Shown here: positions 17,425 through 27,114 of the stretch, piece by piece
Numbering within the stretch: position 1 is the stretch's first letter
Layout: each line of letters opens with the position of its first letter
Assembly: GCA_038231995.1 (NCBI GenBank)
Contig: JBBSIT010000001.1
Location: 1-27,411, forward strand
Length of the DNA: 27,411 nucleotides
Origin: Acetobacterales bacterium
GTDB lineage: Bacteria; Pseudomonadota; Alphaproteobacteria; Acetobacterales; Acetobacteraceae
Reading direction: 5' to 3'
Program-made: the position numbers and the translations under genes
The notes under the pieces: model-generated
Seen by the model: the letters and a program-made list of their open reading frames with translations, nothing else
What the model was told of the DNA's origin: nothing
Database searches by the model: none

Positions 17425-18630
17425 CTAGCGCGCAGCCTGCTCCAGCACGCGCCGGAACAGGGCGAGCTGCCCCTCGCTCGTCGCCTCCCAGCCGAACCCT
17501 TCGGCATAGGCCCGCGTCTCCGCCCGGGATGGGGGCTTCGCCATGAGGTCCTGCACGCCCTGTGCTACGCCCTCGGCCGTGTTGGCCGGCATGATGACCC
17601 CGGCCGCACGCGACTGGACCACTTCGGGATTGCCCGGGATCGGGCTCGCGACCACGGGCGTCCCGCACGCCATGGCTTCGAGCAGCACGTTGGCCCAGCC
17701 TTCCCGGCTCGATGCGAGCACGAGCGCGTCGGCCGCCGTGTAGATCTCCGGGAGCTCCCCGTGCGGGCGGCTGCCGAGCAGGGCCACGCGGTCCGCAACG
17801 CCCAGCTCGGCCGCGAGCGCCAGGAGACGGCCCCGCTCCGGTCCGTCGCCGACGATCAGCAGCCGCCAGCCGGGCAGGTGCGCCATGGCCGCGACCACGC
17901 GGTGGTGGCCCTTGCGTTCGACGAGGTGGCCGACCGAGAGCAGCGTCGGTCCGTCCAGGCCCAGCCGCGCCCGCGCCTGCCCGCGGTCCAGCGGGCGGAA
18001 GGCGTGCAGGTCCACGCCGTTGCGCAGCACCGTAACCTTCCCGGGCGGCGCGCCGAGGCCCAGCAGCGCGTCGCGCAGGCCGGCGCTGACCGTGATCATC
18101 GCATCGGCGTCGCGCATGGCGCGCAGGATCAATCGGCGGGGCACGGCGTAGTCCGGCAGTTGCGTCACATCGGAGCCGCGGGCGGTCACCACCACCGGGA
18201 CTCCGAACTGCCGGCCGAGCCAGGTCGCGACCACGCCGTCGGGGTAGAAGTAATGCGCGTCGATCAGGTCGAACACGAGGCCCTGGGCCTGCAGGCGCGC
18301 GATGGCGCGGCGCGCCGCGAGGAACAGCGTGAACGGCGCCGCCGACATGCCGACCTTGGGCAGCACGACGTAGCGGGGATGATGCACCTCCAGGCCGTGC
18401 CGCATCTCCTGCTGCGGCACGGCTGCGTGGCGCGCCCAGGCGCCGAAGCGCGGATCGCGGCTTGGGAACCAGGGCACGGGCGCCACCACGGTGCTCGCGG
18501 CCTCGCGCGTGCCGACGAGGTTGCGAAGCCGGTTCTCGACGAAGACGCCGTGGTTCGGCTGGGCGCCGTTGGGATAGAGCGTCGTGAACGTCAGCAGCCG
18601 GACAGGCCGGCTGCCTAGGGCGCCTCGCAT
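17425..18630 (-). CDS. Glycosyltransferase family 4 (GT-B); start may be ATG 18630 or ATG 18732
   Basis: RLLTFTTLYP N-terminal strand, DLIDAHYFYPDG, TARGSD, SVGHLVERKG, REGWANVLLEAMACG (E-x7-E). Confidence 0.88.
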   Translation of the reverse strand: MRGALGSRPVRLLTFTTLYPNGAQPNHGVFVENRLRNLVGTREAASTVVAPVPWFPSRDPRFGAWARHAAVPQQEMRHGLEVHHPRYVVLPKVGMSAAPFTLFLAARRAIARLQAQGLVFDLIDAHYFYPDGVVATWLGRQFGVPVVVTARGSDVTQLPDYAVPRRLILRAMRDADAMITVSAGLRDALLGLGAPPGKVTVLRNGVDLHAFRPLDRGQARARLGLDGPTLLSVGHLVERKGHHRVVAAMAHLPGWRLLIVGDGPERGRLLALAAELGVADRVALLGSRPHGELPEIYTAADALVLASSREGWANVLLEAMACGTPVVASPIPGNPEVVQSRAAGVIMPANTAEGVAQGVQDLMAKPPSRAETRAYAEGFGWEATSEGQLALFRRVLEQAAR

Positions 18631-18739
18631 CCCGGCTGGGGTGCTGAACGCCCTAGGTGTCGCTGGGGAAGCAGCTTCACGCCGGAGGCTTGGGTCGCTG
18701 CCGCGTCCCAGCCGGCCCGCGCCCTGCTCCATAGCCCGG

Positions 18740-21517
18740 TCAGCGCTGTCCTTGAAGTTGTTGCAGCAATTGGCGCGCCGCCGGCTTGTCTTCGAACTCC
18801 GCAGGGGCATTGACGATCGGCCCCAGCACCCGCACGGCCTCGTCGCGCTGGCCGGTCCCGCTCAGCGCCTGGGCCAGGTGGAACTGGACCGTGGGATCGT
18901 TGGCGCGGGCGGTGCCGGCCTGGCGCAGCAGGGGCAGCCCGGCCGCCGCGTCGCCTTGCGCCGTCATGATCCAACCCAGCGTGTCCGCCGTCTCCGAGCT
19001 GGGGGCGAGCAGGTAGGCGCGCTGGGCCATCGCCCGGGCACGCGGGTCGCCGCGAAGCTGCAGCACCCAGGCGAGGTTGTTGAGCGCTACCGGGTCGTTC
19101 GGCCGCTTCGCGAGCACGATCTGCAGGTTGCGCTCCGCCTCCTGCGGGCGCTTTGCCGCGATGTCGAACGTGGCGAGCACCTGCGCCGCGTCGGCGTCCT
19201 CGGGGTTCTGCGCCAGCCAGGTGCGAAGCTGCTGAGCGGCCTGGTCCGGTGCGCCCGCCGAGTTGAGCGCGTTGGCGGAGCGCAAGGCGAGCGCCGCTGA
19301 GGGGTTCGCCTTCATCTCCGCCGCGTAGGCCGCCGCCGCGTCGCTGAACCGCCGCTGAGCCATGTAGGCGTCGCCGCGCAGGACGGCCGCGACCGGCATG
19401 TTGGCAGGGTCGCGCTTGAGCTGGTCAGCGGCCGCCAGCGCGGCGTTGATCCCGCCGGCGCGCTGCTCGATCGCGACGAGGGCCTGCATGATGCCAAGAT
19501 TGCCCGGCGAGGCGCGCAACCCGTCGCGGAGCGTCGTGCGCGCCTGGTCGAGCTCGTTGTCCTCGAGGTACAGGGTCAGCAGCCGTTGGCGGGCATCGAG
19601 GTCGCCGGGGTTGGCGGTCAGGATCTGCCGGTACGTCTCCTTCGCATCTGTCTTCAGGCCGACCGCGACCTGCGCGCGGGCGCGGGCGCCGACCAGCGCC
19701 GGCGGCGGGGTGGCTCCGCGGATCGACTGGTCCAGCAAGGTCAGCGCCTTGCGCGGGTCGCCCGACCGCACGTACAGGTCCGCCAGCACGGCGGTGAAGC
19801 CGATATTCGCGGGCGCCGCGGCCCGCGCGGCCTCGACGACCGCCACGGCGCGGCCGATCCGGTTGTCCTGCAGCAGCACGCCGACCAGCGCCGACAACGC
19901 TTGCTCGTTCGTGGGATCAGCCGCCAGCATGTCGGTGAGGATCCGCTCCCCGTCTGCCGTGCGGCCCTGCAGCAACTGCAGGCGCGCGAGGTTCAGCTTG
20001 GCCGCGCTCGACGCGGGGAACGCCTTCGCCACGGCGGCGAACTGCTCCCGGGCGCCATCGAAATCGAGCTGCGCCATGCGCAGCATGCCTGTCAGGTTGC
20101 CGACCGCCTCGGTCTCGCCCGCCTGCTGGCGCAGCCGGTCTAGCGCCGTCTTGGCCCGCTCGATATCCCCTGCCGCCAGGGCCGCCACGACGAGGTTCTC
20201 CGCTGCGCTGGCCTGGGTCGGCGACAGCTCGAGCGAGCGCTCGAGCGCCCCGGTGGCGCCCGACGCGTCGCCCATCTGCAGGCGCGACGAGGCGAGGCGG
20301 GTCAGGATATCGGCGTTCTCGGGCGCCAGGGCAGCGGCGCGCTGGAAGCTCTGCACGGCTTGGTCGGCCCGGCCGGATTGCGCCTGAGCGCGTCCCATCA
20401 GGTCGAGTATGTCCGCGTCCGCCTGTCCGGCCGCGGCGGCGCGGCTCAGGTCGGCCAACGCCTTGTCCACGCGCCCGCCCGCCAGGTCGATGCGGGCCAG
20501 CAGCTTCACGCCCTCCATGTCGTTCGGCGAGCGGGCGACATGGCGTGCAGCAGCCTCGGCGGCCTGCTCGGATTGCCCCAGGTTGAACTTGACGATGGCC
20601 TGGATCATGTAGCCGCGGGGGAAGCGGGGCAGCATGTCCCGGAGCTTCACCAGCTCCTGGTCGGCAGCTTGGTAATCAGCGGCGCGCGTCAGCAGCACGG
20701 CCCTGAGATAGGTGCCTGCGGCGCTGCGCGGCTCGGCTGCCAGCGCTGCGTCCACGTCGGCCTTGGCCTTGGCGTCCTCGCCCATGGCGATCAGCACGTT
20801 GGCCCGCTCCAGCCGCGGCACCGCATTGCCGCCCGACCGCTCGACGGCCGTGTTCAGCGCCGCGAGCGCCGCCGCGCGATTGCCCTGGGAATTCAGCAGC
20901 TGGCCCTTCAGCAGCAGGGCGTCGGCCCGCTTGCCATCCAGCGCGAGCGTGCGATCGACCTTGCGTCCTGCGGTCGCGAAGTCCTGTTCCTTCACCGCGA
21001 GCCGGGCGGCCGCGAGCGGCGCGTCGGGCAATTGCGGCGCGATCCGCTCGGCCTCGGCGAACGAGGCCTTGGCAGCGTCGTTGTCGTCGAGGCCGATCTG
21101 CGCGATGCCGCGCATCACCAGGATGGTCGCGATCTGCGTAGGCTCGCCGCCCTCGGGCGGGAACTCGTCCAGCAGGGGACGCAGCTTGCCTTGGGCCAGG
21201 TAGGCCTGCGCCAGCGGCTGGCGCACGCTCAGCCGGTCCTGCCCCAGGTCGCGCGCCAGCTTGAGCTGGCGCTCGGCCGCCACGGCGTCGCCGAGCTGAA
21301 GCTGCACGATGCCGAGCTGGAACTGGGCCTCGCGGCTGTTGGGGTTCTGCTTGACGGCGTTCCGCAGCTCGATCTGCGCGGTGCGCAGGTCGCCCTTCTC
21401 GAGTGCTGCGCGCGCCTGCGCCATCGGGTCCTGCGTGCGCCCGAAGACGAACCAACCGCCTCCGGCTGCGGCGAGGCCGACCAGGAGGAGACAGACGATG
21501 AGGATGGTGCGCTTCAT
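18740..21517 (-). CDS. prsT: PEP-CTERM/XrtA-system TPR-repeat protein (925 aa)
   Basis: N-terminal KGDLRTAQIELRNAVKQNP...AERQL pattern, TPR helices throughout, C-terminal ALNNLAW...ADTLGWI...QFHLAQAL; immediately downstream of prsK-prsR (TIGR02917-type context). Confidence 0.85.
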   Translation of the reverse strand: MKRTILIVCLLLVGLAAAGGGWFVFGRTQDPMAQARAALEKGDLRTAQIELRNAVKQNPNSREAQFQLGIVQLQLGDAVAAERQLKLARDLGQDRLSVRQPLAQAYLAQGKLRPLLDEFPPEGGEPTQIATILVMRGIAQIGLDDNDAAKASFAEAERIAPQLPDAPLAAARLAVKEQDFATAGRKVDRTLALDGKRADALLLKGQLLNSQGNRAAALAALNTAVERSGGNAVPRLERANVLIAMGEDAKAKADVDAALAAEPRSAAGTYLRAVLLTRAADYQAADQELVKLRDMLPRFPRGYMIQAIVKFNLGQSEQAAEAAARHVARSPNDMEGVKLLARIDLAGGRVDKALADLSRAAAAGQADADILDLMGRAQAQSGRADQAVQSFQRAAALAPENADILTRLASSRLQMGDASGATGALERSLELSPTQASAAENLVVAALAAGDIERAKTALDRLRQQAGETEAVGNLTGMLRMAQLDFDGAREQFAAVAKAFPASSAAKLNLARLQLLQGRTADGERILTDMLAADPTNEQALSALVGVLLQDNRIGRAVAVVEAARAAAPANIGFTAVLADLYVRSGDPRKALTLLDQSIRGATPPPALVGARARAQVAVGLKTDAKETYRQILTANPGDLDARQRLLTLYLEDNELDQARTTLRDGLRASPGNLGIMQALVAIEQRAGGINAALAAADQLKRDPANMPVAAVLRGDAYMAQRRFSDAAAAYAAEMKANPSAALALRSANALNSAGAPDQAAQQLRTWLAQNPEDADAAQVLATFDIAAKRPQEAERNLQIVLAKRPNDPVALNNLAWVLQLRGDPRARAMAQRAYLLAPSSETADTLGWIMTAQGDAAAGLPLLRQAGTARANDPTVQFHLAQALSGTGQRDEAVRVLGPIVNAPAEFEDKPAARQLLQQLQGQR

Positions 21518-21523
21518 CAGGGA

Positions 21524-22945
21524 TCAGCTCATGTTCCGAAGGGGCGCGTCGGCGCCGAGGTCGGATTCCTCGACGGACTTGGAGGGCTCGGGTGCGAGGC
21601 CGTGCGCATCGAGCAATGAATACAGCGTCGGCCGGCTGATGCCGAGAAGTTTCGCAGCCGTGGCGAGCACGCCGCTGCTGCGGGCCAGCGCCCGCTGGAT
21701 CACCTCGCGCTCGGCCCGCATGCGTGCGGCGCGCAGGTCGTAGGCGGCCACGTCCTCCTCCTCGACCGACAGCTCCAGGTCGGCGGCGGAGATCATGCGC
21801 GTGTCGCTCATCACCACGGCGCGTTTCATCCGGTTCTCCAGCTCGCGCACGTTGCCGGGCCAGGAATGGGCATTCATGGCGGCGACCGCGTCGTCGGTGA
21901 AGCTTCGTATGCTGCGGTTAAATTCCCGGTTAAAGCGGTTGAGGAAATACCGCGCGAGCAGCACCGCGTCGCCGGACCGGTCGCGCAGCGGCGGGATGCG
22001 GATGGTGACGGGGTTGAGCCGGTAGAGCAGGTCGCCGCGGAACCGGCCGTCCTCGACCTGGCCCGAGAGGTTCTGGTTGGTGGCCGAGACCACCCGCACG
22101 TCCACCTGGATGGGGGTGCGGCCGCCGATCCGCTCCACCACCTGGTCCTGCAGGAATCGCAGCAGCTTGACCTGCAGCGGGTGCGGCAGGTCGCCGATCT
22201 CGTCCAGGAACAGGGTGCCGCGGTTGGCGACCTCGATCTTGCCGATGGTCTGCTTGATCGCCCCGGTGAAGGCGCCCCGCTCGTGGCCGAACAGCTCGCT
22301 CTCCAGCAGGGTCTCGGGGATCGCGCCGCAGTTGAGGGCTACGAACGGCTTGCCCGCGCGGGGCCCGAGGTCGTGCAGCGCGCGGGCGAGCGCCTCCTTG
22401 CCGGTGCCGCTCTCGCCGAGCAGCAGGACGGTCACGTTGGCGCCGGCCAGCTTCTCCACGTCGCGGCAGACCTTCAGCATGCTGTCCGCGTTGGTCACGA
22501 TGCGCTTGATGGGCGAGGGCGCCGGGCTCTCCGCCAGGCGGCGGTTCTCGTCCTCCAGCTCGCTGAGCCGTAGGCTGCGCTCCACGATGGTGTGCAGCAC
22601 CTGGATGTCGATCGGCTTCTCGCAGAAGTCGTAGGCGCCCGCGGCGATGGCGCGCAGCGCATGGGTGCGGTCGCCATGGCTGGTGGCGACGATCACCTTG
22701 ATCTCGGGGTTCTGCCGCGACAGGCCGTCCAGCGTCGCGAAGCCCTCGCTCACCCCGTCCGGATCGGGCGGCAGGCCGAGATCCATGATGGCGGCGTCGG
22801 GCCGCTCCTTCTGCGCGATGGCCAGCGCCTGGGGCCTCGTGTGGGCGAACAGCACCTCGCAGGCGGGGAACGCCCAGCGATACTGGCCGCAGAGGCCGAG
22901 GTCGTCCTCGATGATGAGCAGCTTGGGTTTGGTCATGAGGGTCAT
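21524..22945 (-). CDS. prsR: Sigma54-dependent response regulator of the PEP-CTERM system (about 470 aa)
   Basis: Receiver IIEDD...[11 protein letters not shown] (typical of PrsR), AAA+ [33 protein letters not shown], Fis-type [16 protein letters not shown]. Confidence 0.9.
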   Translation of the reverse strand: MTLMTKPKLLIIEDDLGLCGQYRWAFPACEVLFAHTRPQALAIAQKERPDAAIMDLGLPPDPDGVSEGFATLDGLSRQNPEIKVIVATSHGDRTHALRAIAAGAYDFCEKPIDIQVLHTIVERSLRLSELEDENRRLAESPAPSPIKRIVTNADSMLKVCRDVEKLAGANVTVLLLGESGTGKEALARALHDLGPRAGKPFVALNCGAIPETLLESELFGHERGAFTGAIKQTIGKIEVANRGTLFLDEIGDLPHPLQVKLLRFLQDQVVERIGGRTPIQVDVRVVSATNQNLSGQVEDGRFRGDLLYRLNPVTIRIPPLRDRSGDAVLLARYFLNRFNREFNRSIRSFTDDAVAAMNAHSWPGNVRELENRMKRAVVMSDTRMISAADLELSVEEEDVAAYDLRAARMRAEREVIQRALARSSGVLATAAKLLGISRPTLYSLLDAHGLAPEPSKSVEESDLGADAPLRNMS

Positions 22946-22957
22946 TCTAGCGCAACA

Positions 22958-24988
22958 CTAGGCCGGCTGCATCGCGGGCGCATCGGCGCGCGCCAGCAGC
23001 AGGTGCACCGTCGTGCCGGCGCCGGGCTGACTGGTCACGAGCAGGTCGCCGCCCGCCTCGCGCATCAGCTCGCGCGCCTGGAACGCGCCGATGCCGGTGC
23101 CCTCCCGCTTGCTGGTGGCGAAGGGACGGAACAACTGGTCGCGGATGAACTCGGCCGACATGCCTGGGCCTCCGTCGGTGATGTCGATGACTACCCGGCG
23201 CGCCTCATGGCGGATGCGCAGGCGCACCGGGGCGGCGCCCCCCGCCTCGGCGGCGTTGTTGAGCAGATGGGTCACCACGGTATCGAACGCCTCGGGGCTC
23301 ATGGCGACCGCGCCGGTGGAGCCGTCGTGCTCCAGGGCGAACGCGGCCGGGCGCAGGCGGCGGAATGCCGCCACGATCGCCTCCAGCCGCGGCAGGGGCG
23401 CGAGCGCTGCCAGGGCGATGTCGGCGCCCGGCGTCTCGAGCCGCTTGATGAGGTAGCTGATCTTCTGCACGGACGAGCGGACCGTGCCCAGCATGTCCCG
23501 CTGGAACTCGGGGTTCTGCATGTGGCTCTCCGCGTTGGACAGCAGCAGCGAGAGCTGGCTCGACACGTTCTTGATGTCGTGCGCCACGAAGGCGAACCGC
23601 TTGCCGTAATCGTGCAGCTGGCGCGTCTGCATCATCACCTGGGTCGCGCGCTGCTCGGCCAGGAAGCCCGCGACCTCGCGCCCGACGATCCGCAGCAGCT
23701 CGAACACTTCCTGGTCCAGCCGGAACGGCGCGCGCGGCGGGGCCGCCAGGATGAAGCCCATCAGCCGGCCCTGGTGCGCCAGCGGGACAGCCAGCCAGAC
23801 GCGGCCGATGCCGTCCAGCGGCGGCAGCGCCTGCAGCTCCGAATCCACCTCCACGATCCAGTCGCCGCCGCGGAACTGCAGCACCAGCGGGTGGTCGGCC
23901 GCAATCGGCGTCGAGACCGCCGGCATGTTCCAGGCGCCGGTCCACTGGAACGCGTTCTCGCCGGCGTCGCGCAGGAAGAGCAGCCCGGCCGGGCAGTCCA
24001 CCACGTCGGCCACGGCGCGAATGACGCGGGCGTGCAGCGCCGTGGTGGAGCTGCCGTCCTCGCCCGAGAGCGTCTCGATGCAGCGCAGCCACTCGCGCCG
24101 GTAGTCGTAGCGCTGGGCGAAGAAGTGCTCGACGAAGAGCCCGCGCATGCGCGAGCGCGCGGAGCCGGAGGTGAGGACGACGCCGAGCGCGATCACGCCC
24201 GCGAACACGAGGCTCGTCTCGGCCACCCGGCCCCAGTCGCCGCCGAACTGGCGGAACACCTCGCCCGCGGCCGCGAGGCCCAGGATGAAGATGCCGCTGA
24301 GCACCAGCGTCGCGCTGCGGAACACGGCGGTGCGGGACACGTGGATCTCGACGTTCCAGCGCCGGTCGCGCGAGGCCGCCATGGCCAGCAGCGGCGCCAC
24401 GATGGCGGTCGCGACCGCGCGCGCGTCAAACAGCGCGAGCGACGCATGCCGGAACAGGACCGCATCGGCGCAGAGCAGGATATCGAACCCGGCCAGCGCG
24501 CCTAATGCTACGCAGGGCAGCGCCACGTGCCACCGGGCATGGGCCGGCGTATTGAGATAGAGGTTCTCGATCAGCAGGAGCTGACAGATCGCGAGGCCCA
24601 TCCGGGCGGCGATGCCGAAGGACCAGAGCGAGACCGGCGCCCCGCCGCCGCCCCATTCGAGCAGCGAGCCCACGGCGATGACGAGCAGCGCGATGAAGCC
24701 CATGGTCCGGAACGCGACCCCGGCCTGGCCGCCCTCCGGCACCGAGCGGCGGTACAGGTGGAGGATGAAGCCGTACCAGCACAGCGCGCGCGCCAGGTCG
24801 AGGCTGCCGGCGACGCCGTTGAGCTGCATGTCGCCCATGATGGCCGCCCAGGCCGCCCAGGCCGCCGTAACGATGCAGCACCCTGCGAGCAGCCAGCCTG
24901 TCCGCCCGAGCCGGGCCTGGAACAGCACCAGCGCGGCCAGCAGCCCATAGACGGCGGCGCACACGCCATAGAGAGCGGTCGCCATCAC
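22958..24988 (-). CDS. prsK: PEP-CTERM system histidine kinase (676 aa)
   Basis: Multi-TM N-terminus, RYDYRREWLR, GAF-like middle region, H-box AFVAHDIKN, N-box LLNNAAEA, DGGPGM, LFRPFATSK, GTGIG. Confidence 0.9.
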   Translation of the reverse strand: MMATALYGVCAAVYGLLAALVLFQARLGRTGWLLAGCCIVTAAWAAWAAIMGDMQLNGVAGSLDLARALCWYGFILHLYRRSVPEGGQAGVAFRTMGFIALLVIAVGSLLEWGGGGAPVSLWSFGIAARMGLAICQLLLIENLYLNTPAHARWHVALPCVALGALAGFDILLCADAVLFRHASLALFDARAVATAIVAPLLAMAASRDRRWNVEIHVSRTAVFRSATLVLSGIFILGLAAAGEVFRQFGGDWGRVAETSLVFAGVIALGVVLTSGSARSRMRGLFVEHFFAQRYDYRREWLRCIETLSGEDGSSTTALHARVIRAVADVVDCPAGLLFLRDAGENAFQWTGAWNMPAVSTPIAADHPLVLQFRGGDWIVEVDSELQALPPLDGIGRVWLAVPLAHQGRLMGFILAAPPRAPFRLDQEVFELLRIVGREVAGFLAEQRATQVMMQTRQLHDYGKRFAFVAHDIKNVSSQLSLLLSNAESHMQNPEFQRDMLGTVRSSVQKISYLIKRLETPGADIALAALAPLPRLEAIVAAFRRLRPAAFALEHDGSTGAVAMSPEAFDTVVTHLLNNAAEAGGAAPVRLRIRHEARRVVIDITDGGPGMSAEFIRDQLFRPFATSKREGTGIGAFQARELMREAGGDLLVTSQPGAGTTVHLLLARADAPAMQPA

Positions 24989-25026
24989 GGCCGGTCAGCG
25001 ATAGTTGGACAGGATGGGATGCATCG

Positions 25027-26376
25027 CTAGCGAGCGCCTTCCTGGAACAGGATGACCCGGACCGTCGCGATCAGGATCAGCAGATCGAGCAGCAGCGACC
25101 GGTGCTTCACGTAATACAGGTCGTAGGACAGCTTGACGCGCGCGTCCTCGATGGAGGCGCCGTAGGGGAAATTGACTTGCGCCCACCCGGTCAGCCCCGG
25201 CTTGACGCAGGCGCGGTCGCGGTAGTGCGGCACAACCTCCGAAAGCTTCTCGACGAAGTGCGGGCGCTCCGGCCGCGGGCCGATGAAGCTCATCTGCCCG
25301 CGCAGCACGTTGACCAATTGCGGCAGCTCGTCGATGCGGGTGCGCCGGAGGAAGGAGCCGATCCGCGTGACGCGGGGATCGGACTGGCTCGCCCAGGCCG
25401 GGCCGCGCGACTCGGCGTCGAGCCGCATGCTGCGGAACTTGAACAGGGTGAAGGGGCATCCGTGCAGGCCCACCCGCTCCTGGCGGTAGAGCACGGGGCC
25501 GGGGCTGTCGAGGCGGATGAGCAGCGCGGTCAGCAGCATCAGAGGCAGCGTCACGATCAGGAAGCCGAGGCTGATCAGCACGTCGCCGAGCCGGTTGACC
25601 CGGTCCTGCAGCGGCGTCGGGCTGATGGGGCCGCGCCAGTCCGCGCCCACGATGTCGATGTTGATGCGCCGGAGCCGGCTCTCCCAGAAATCGGGCTCGC
25701 TGTGCAGGCGGATGCCGGCCGCCCGGGAGCGCTGCAGGTCCGCGGAGGCCGGCGGAGCGCCTTCGCGGGAGGCGAGGACCACGTCCTTGACGCCGGACCG
25801 GCGCAGCGCGGCGTAATCCAGGCCCGCGGCGCCGGACGGCTGCACGCTCGCGACATCGAGGAAGCCCTTGCGATGGGACCGGACCGCCGCGGTCGTGCCG
25901 ATAGCGTCCTCGGGATGGCCGACGACCAGGACGCGGCGGACGAACACGTCCCGGCGCATGGCGATCCGGAATACGAGCCGCGTGGCGGAGAGCAGCAGGA
26001 TCCACGCGGCGCAGATCTTGAGCGGCCACATCGCGGTGGATTCGAGCAGGGCGCCGGCATCGACGCCAAGCGCGCGGCCGACGACCCAGACGACGGGCAG
26101 GGCCAGCAGGCCGGCGAGCCCCGCGTTGAGCAGGAGCTGCCTCGTCTTGAGGAAGACCTCCGGGCGGTAGAGGCCGATCGCGAACGCCGTGGCCCCGATC
26201 GTCACGGACAGCACGAGAGCGCTGTTCATCGCCTTCGTCTGGAGCAGCAGGGACGACCCGCCTGATGGGATGCCGGCAGACATCAGGACGTAGATCAGTA
26301 CGGAGAGGAGCGTGACCTCAAGCAGCCAGAGGCACAGCATTTCGGGCGCGACGTGATGTCCGAAGAACCTGATCAT
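25027..26376 (-). CDS. PEP-CTERM-associated polyprenyl-phosphate sugar transferase (WcaJ/EpsB-like, TIGR03013 type; 449 aa)
   Basis: RBS GAGGG before ATG 26376 (MIRFFGHHV); TM N-terminus; C-terminal FTLFKFRSM, DPRVTRIG, RIDELPQL, GPRPERP, KPGLTGWAQV, DLYYVKH. Confidence 0.9.
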   Translation of the reverse strand: MIRFFGHHVAPEMLCLWLLEVTLLSVLIYVLMSAGIPSGGSSLLLQTKAMNSALVLSVTIGATAFAIGLYRPEVFLKTRQLLLNAGLAGLLALPVVWVVGRALGVDAGALLESTAMWPLKICAAWILLLSATRLVFRIAMRRDVFVRRVLVVGHPEDAIGTTAAVRSHRKGFLDVASVQPSGAAGLDYAALRRSGVKDVVLASREGAPPASADLQRSRAAGIRLHSEPDFWESRLRRINIDIVGADWRGPISPTPLQDRVNRLGDVLISLGFLIVTLPLMLLTALLIRLDSPGPVLYRQERVGLHGCPFTLFKFRSMRLDAESRGPAWASQSDPRVTRIGSFLRRTRIDELPQLVNVLRGQMSFIGPRPERPHFVEKLSEVVPHYRDRACVKPGLTGWAQVNFPYGASIEDARVKLSYDLYYVKHRSLLLDLLILIATVRVILFQEGAR

Positions 26377-26572
26377 TGAACCCTCTTCGGCAAGCATGCC
26401 TGATTACCGCAACGCCCGTTCAGCCTGGAAGCGCACCCTGCACCGCTGGGAGGCGCACGCCCGGACCCTACACTATCAGCCGTTCTCATTCCGCAACAGA
26501 CCACGGCGCAACCGTTCTTTCTTTAGCGTGTGCGGATGCCTGAAATATGGCGCAATCGGAGACAAATGGCTT

Positions 26573-26588
26573 GTAAAAACATTTTTAC
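26573..26588. promoter_or_regulatory. AT-rich palindrome, candidate enhancer-binding site
   Basis: GTAAAAA-CA-TTTTTAC, perfect 7-bp arms in a GC-rich background, about 200 bp upstream of the sugar transferase start in the divergent region. Confidence 0.5.
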
Positions 26589-26668
26589 CGGACGCTTAAG
26601 GTTTGCGGGTCATGCTCGCCTTCCGATGCACGCGTAGGTTGGGTGGCTGTTGCTAAGGAGGTAATGAC

Positions 26669-26983
26669 ATGCGGGATATTCCCCCCGAGACCCTAAGATT
26701 CCATTATCGGCTCGATGGGCCGCAGCGGATGCGGCAGAGGGCGGGCGCCGGGCCGGCCGTTCGAGGCCGGGTCAGCCTGCGGCTTCACAACGGCTCGCGG
26801 CCTGATCGGATGCACCGTGCTGGCCGGTTGGCACGAGCGGCTTCCCCATCGCCGCGCGAGAGGCTAAGTCAGATCCCGGTCGCGGCCGCGGCTGTCCGAC
26901 ACGGCCCGGTCCTGGCCGTCCGCTCAGGGGCGAGGTGTCTGTTGGCTGCTGCGATGACGAGGCGCCAGCATGGCGTTCGATAG
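26669..26983 (+). CDS. Dubious 104-aa ORF with a perfect Shine-Dalgarno
   Basis: TAAGGAGGT 6 nt before ATG. Arg/Ala-rich, uses CTA/AGA/AGG/CGA codons, no recognisable motif. Confidence 0.25.
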   Translation: MRDIPPETLRFHYRLDGPQRMRQRAGAGPAVRGRVSLRLHNGSRPDRMHRAGRLARAASPSPRERLSQIPVAAAAVRHGPVLAVRSGARCLLAAAMTRRQHGVR

Positions 26984-27114
26984 CCCAGCCGCCTTCTGCC
27001 TGCGAATCGGCGCCGTAATGGAGCGCTGCGAGGCAGGGGCGGCGACGCCTGAAGCGACGCGTGCGCATCGCCGCCTTGTCCGGTATGGTCGGGGCAGCAT
27101 GCCGAGGGGGAACC

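Noticed and set aside
18740-21517. Repetitive-looking sequence in prsT as a possible array
   Set aside because: Explained by degenerate TPR protein repeats; no identical DNA direct repeats or spacers, so not CRISPR-like.
21917-21935. TTAA-N8-TTAA resembling a CtrA box
   Set aside because: Spacing is 8 rather than 7 nt and it lies inside the prsR coding sequence.
24995-25024. 9-codon ORF MHPILSNYR between the sugar transferase and prsK
   Set aside because: No RBS, out of frame with prsK, and too short to distinguish from chance.
135-26265. Many long antisense or alternate-frame ORFs in the track (e.g. 135-1463+, 8984-10312+, 12276-13550+, 22592-24505+, 25102-26265+)
   Set aside because: They shadow genes with clear motifs, are Arg/Ala/Gly-rich and motif-free; expected from stop-codon scarcity at high GC.
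26400-27110. Several GG-N10-GC or TGGCAC-like strings as sigma54 promoters (e.g. TGGCACGAGCGGCTT near 26829)
   Set aside because: None combines the -24 TGGCAC and -12 TTGC elements at correct spacing.
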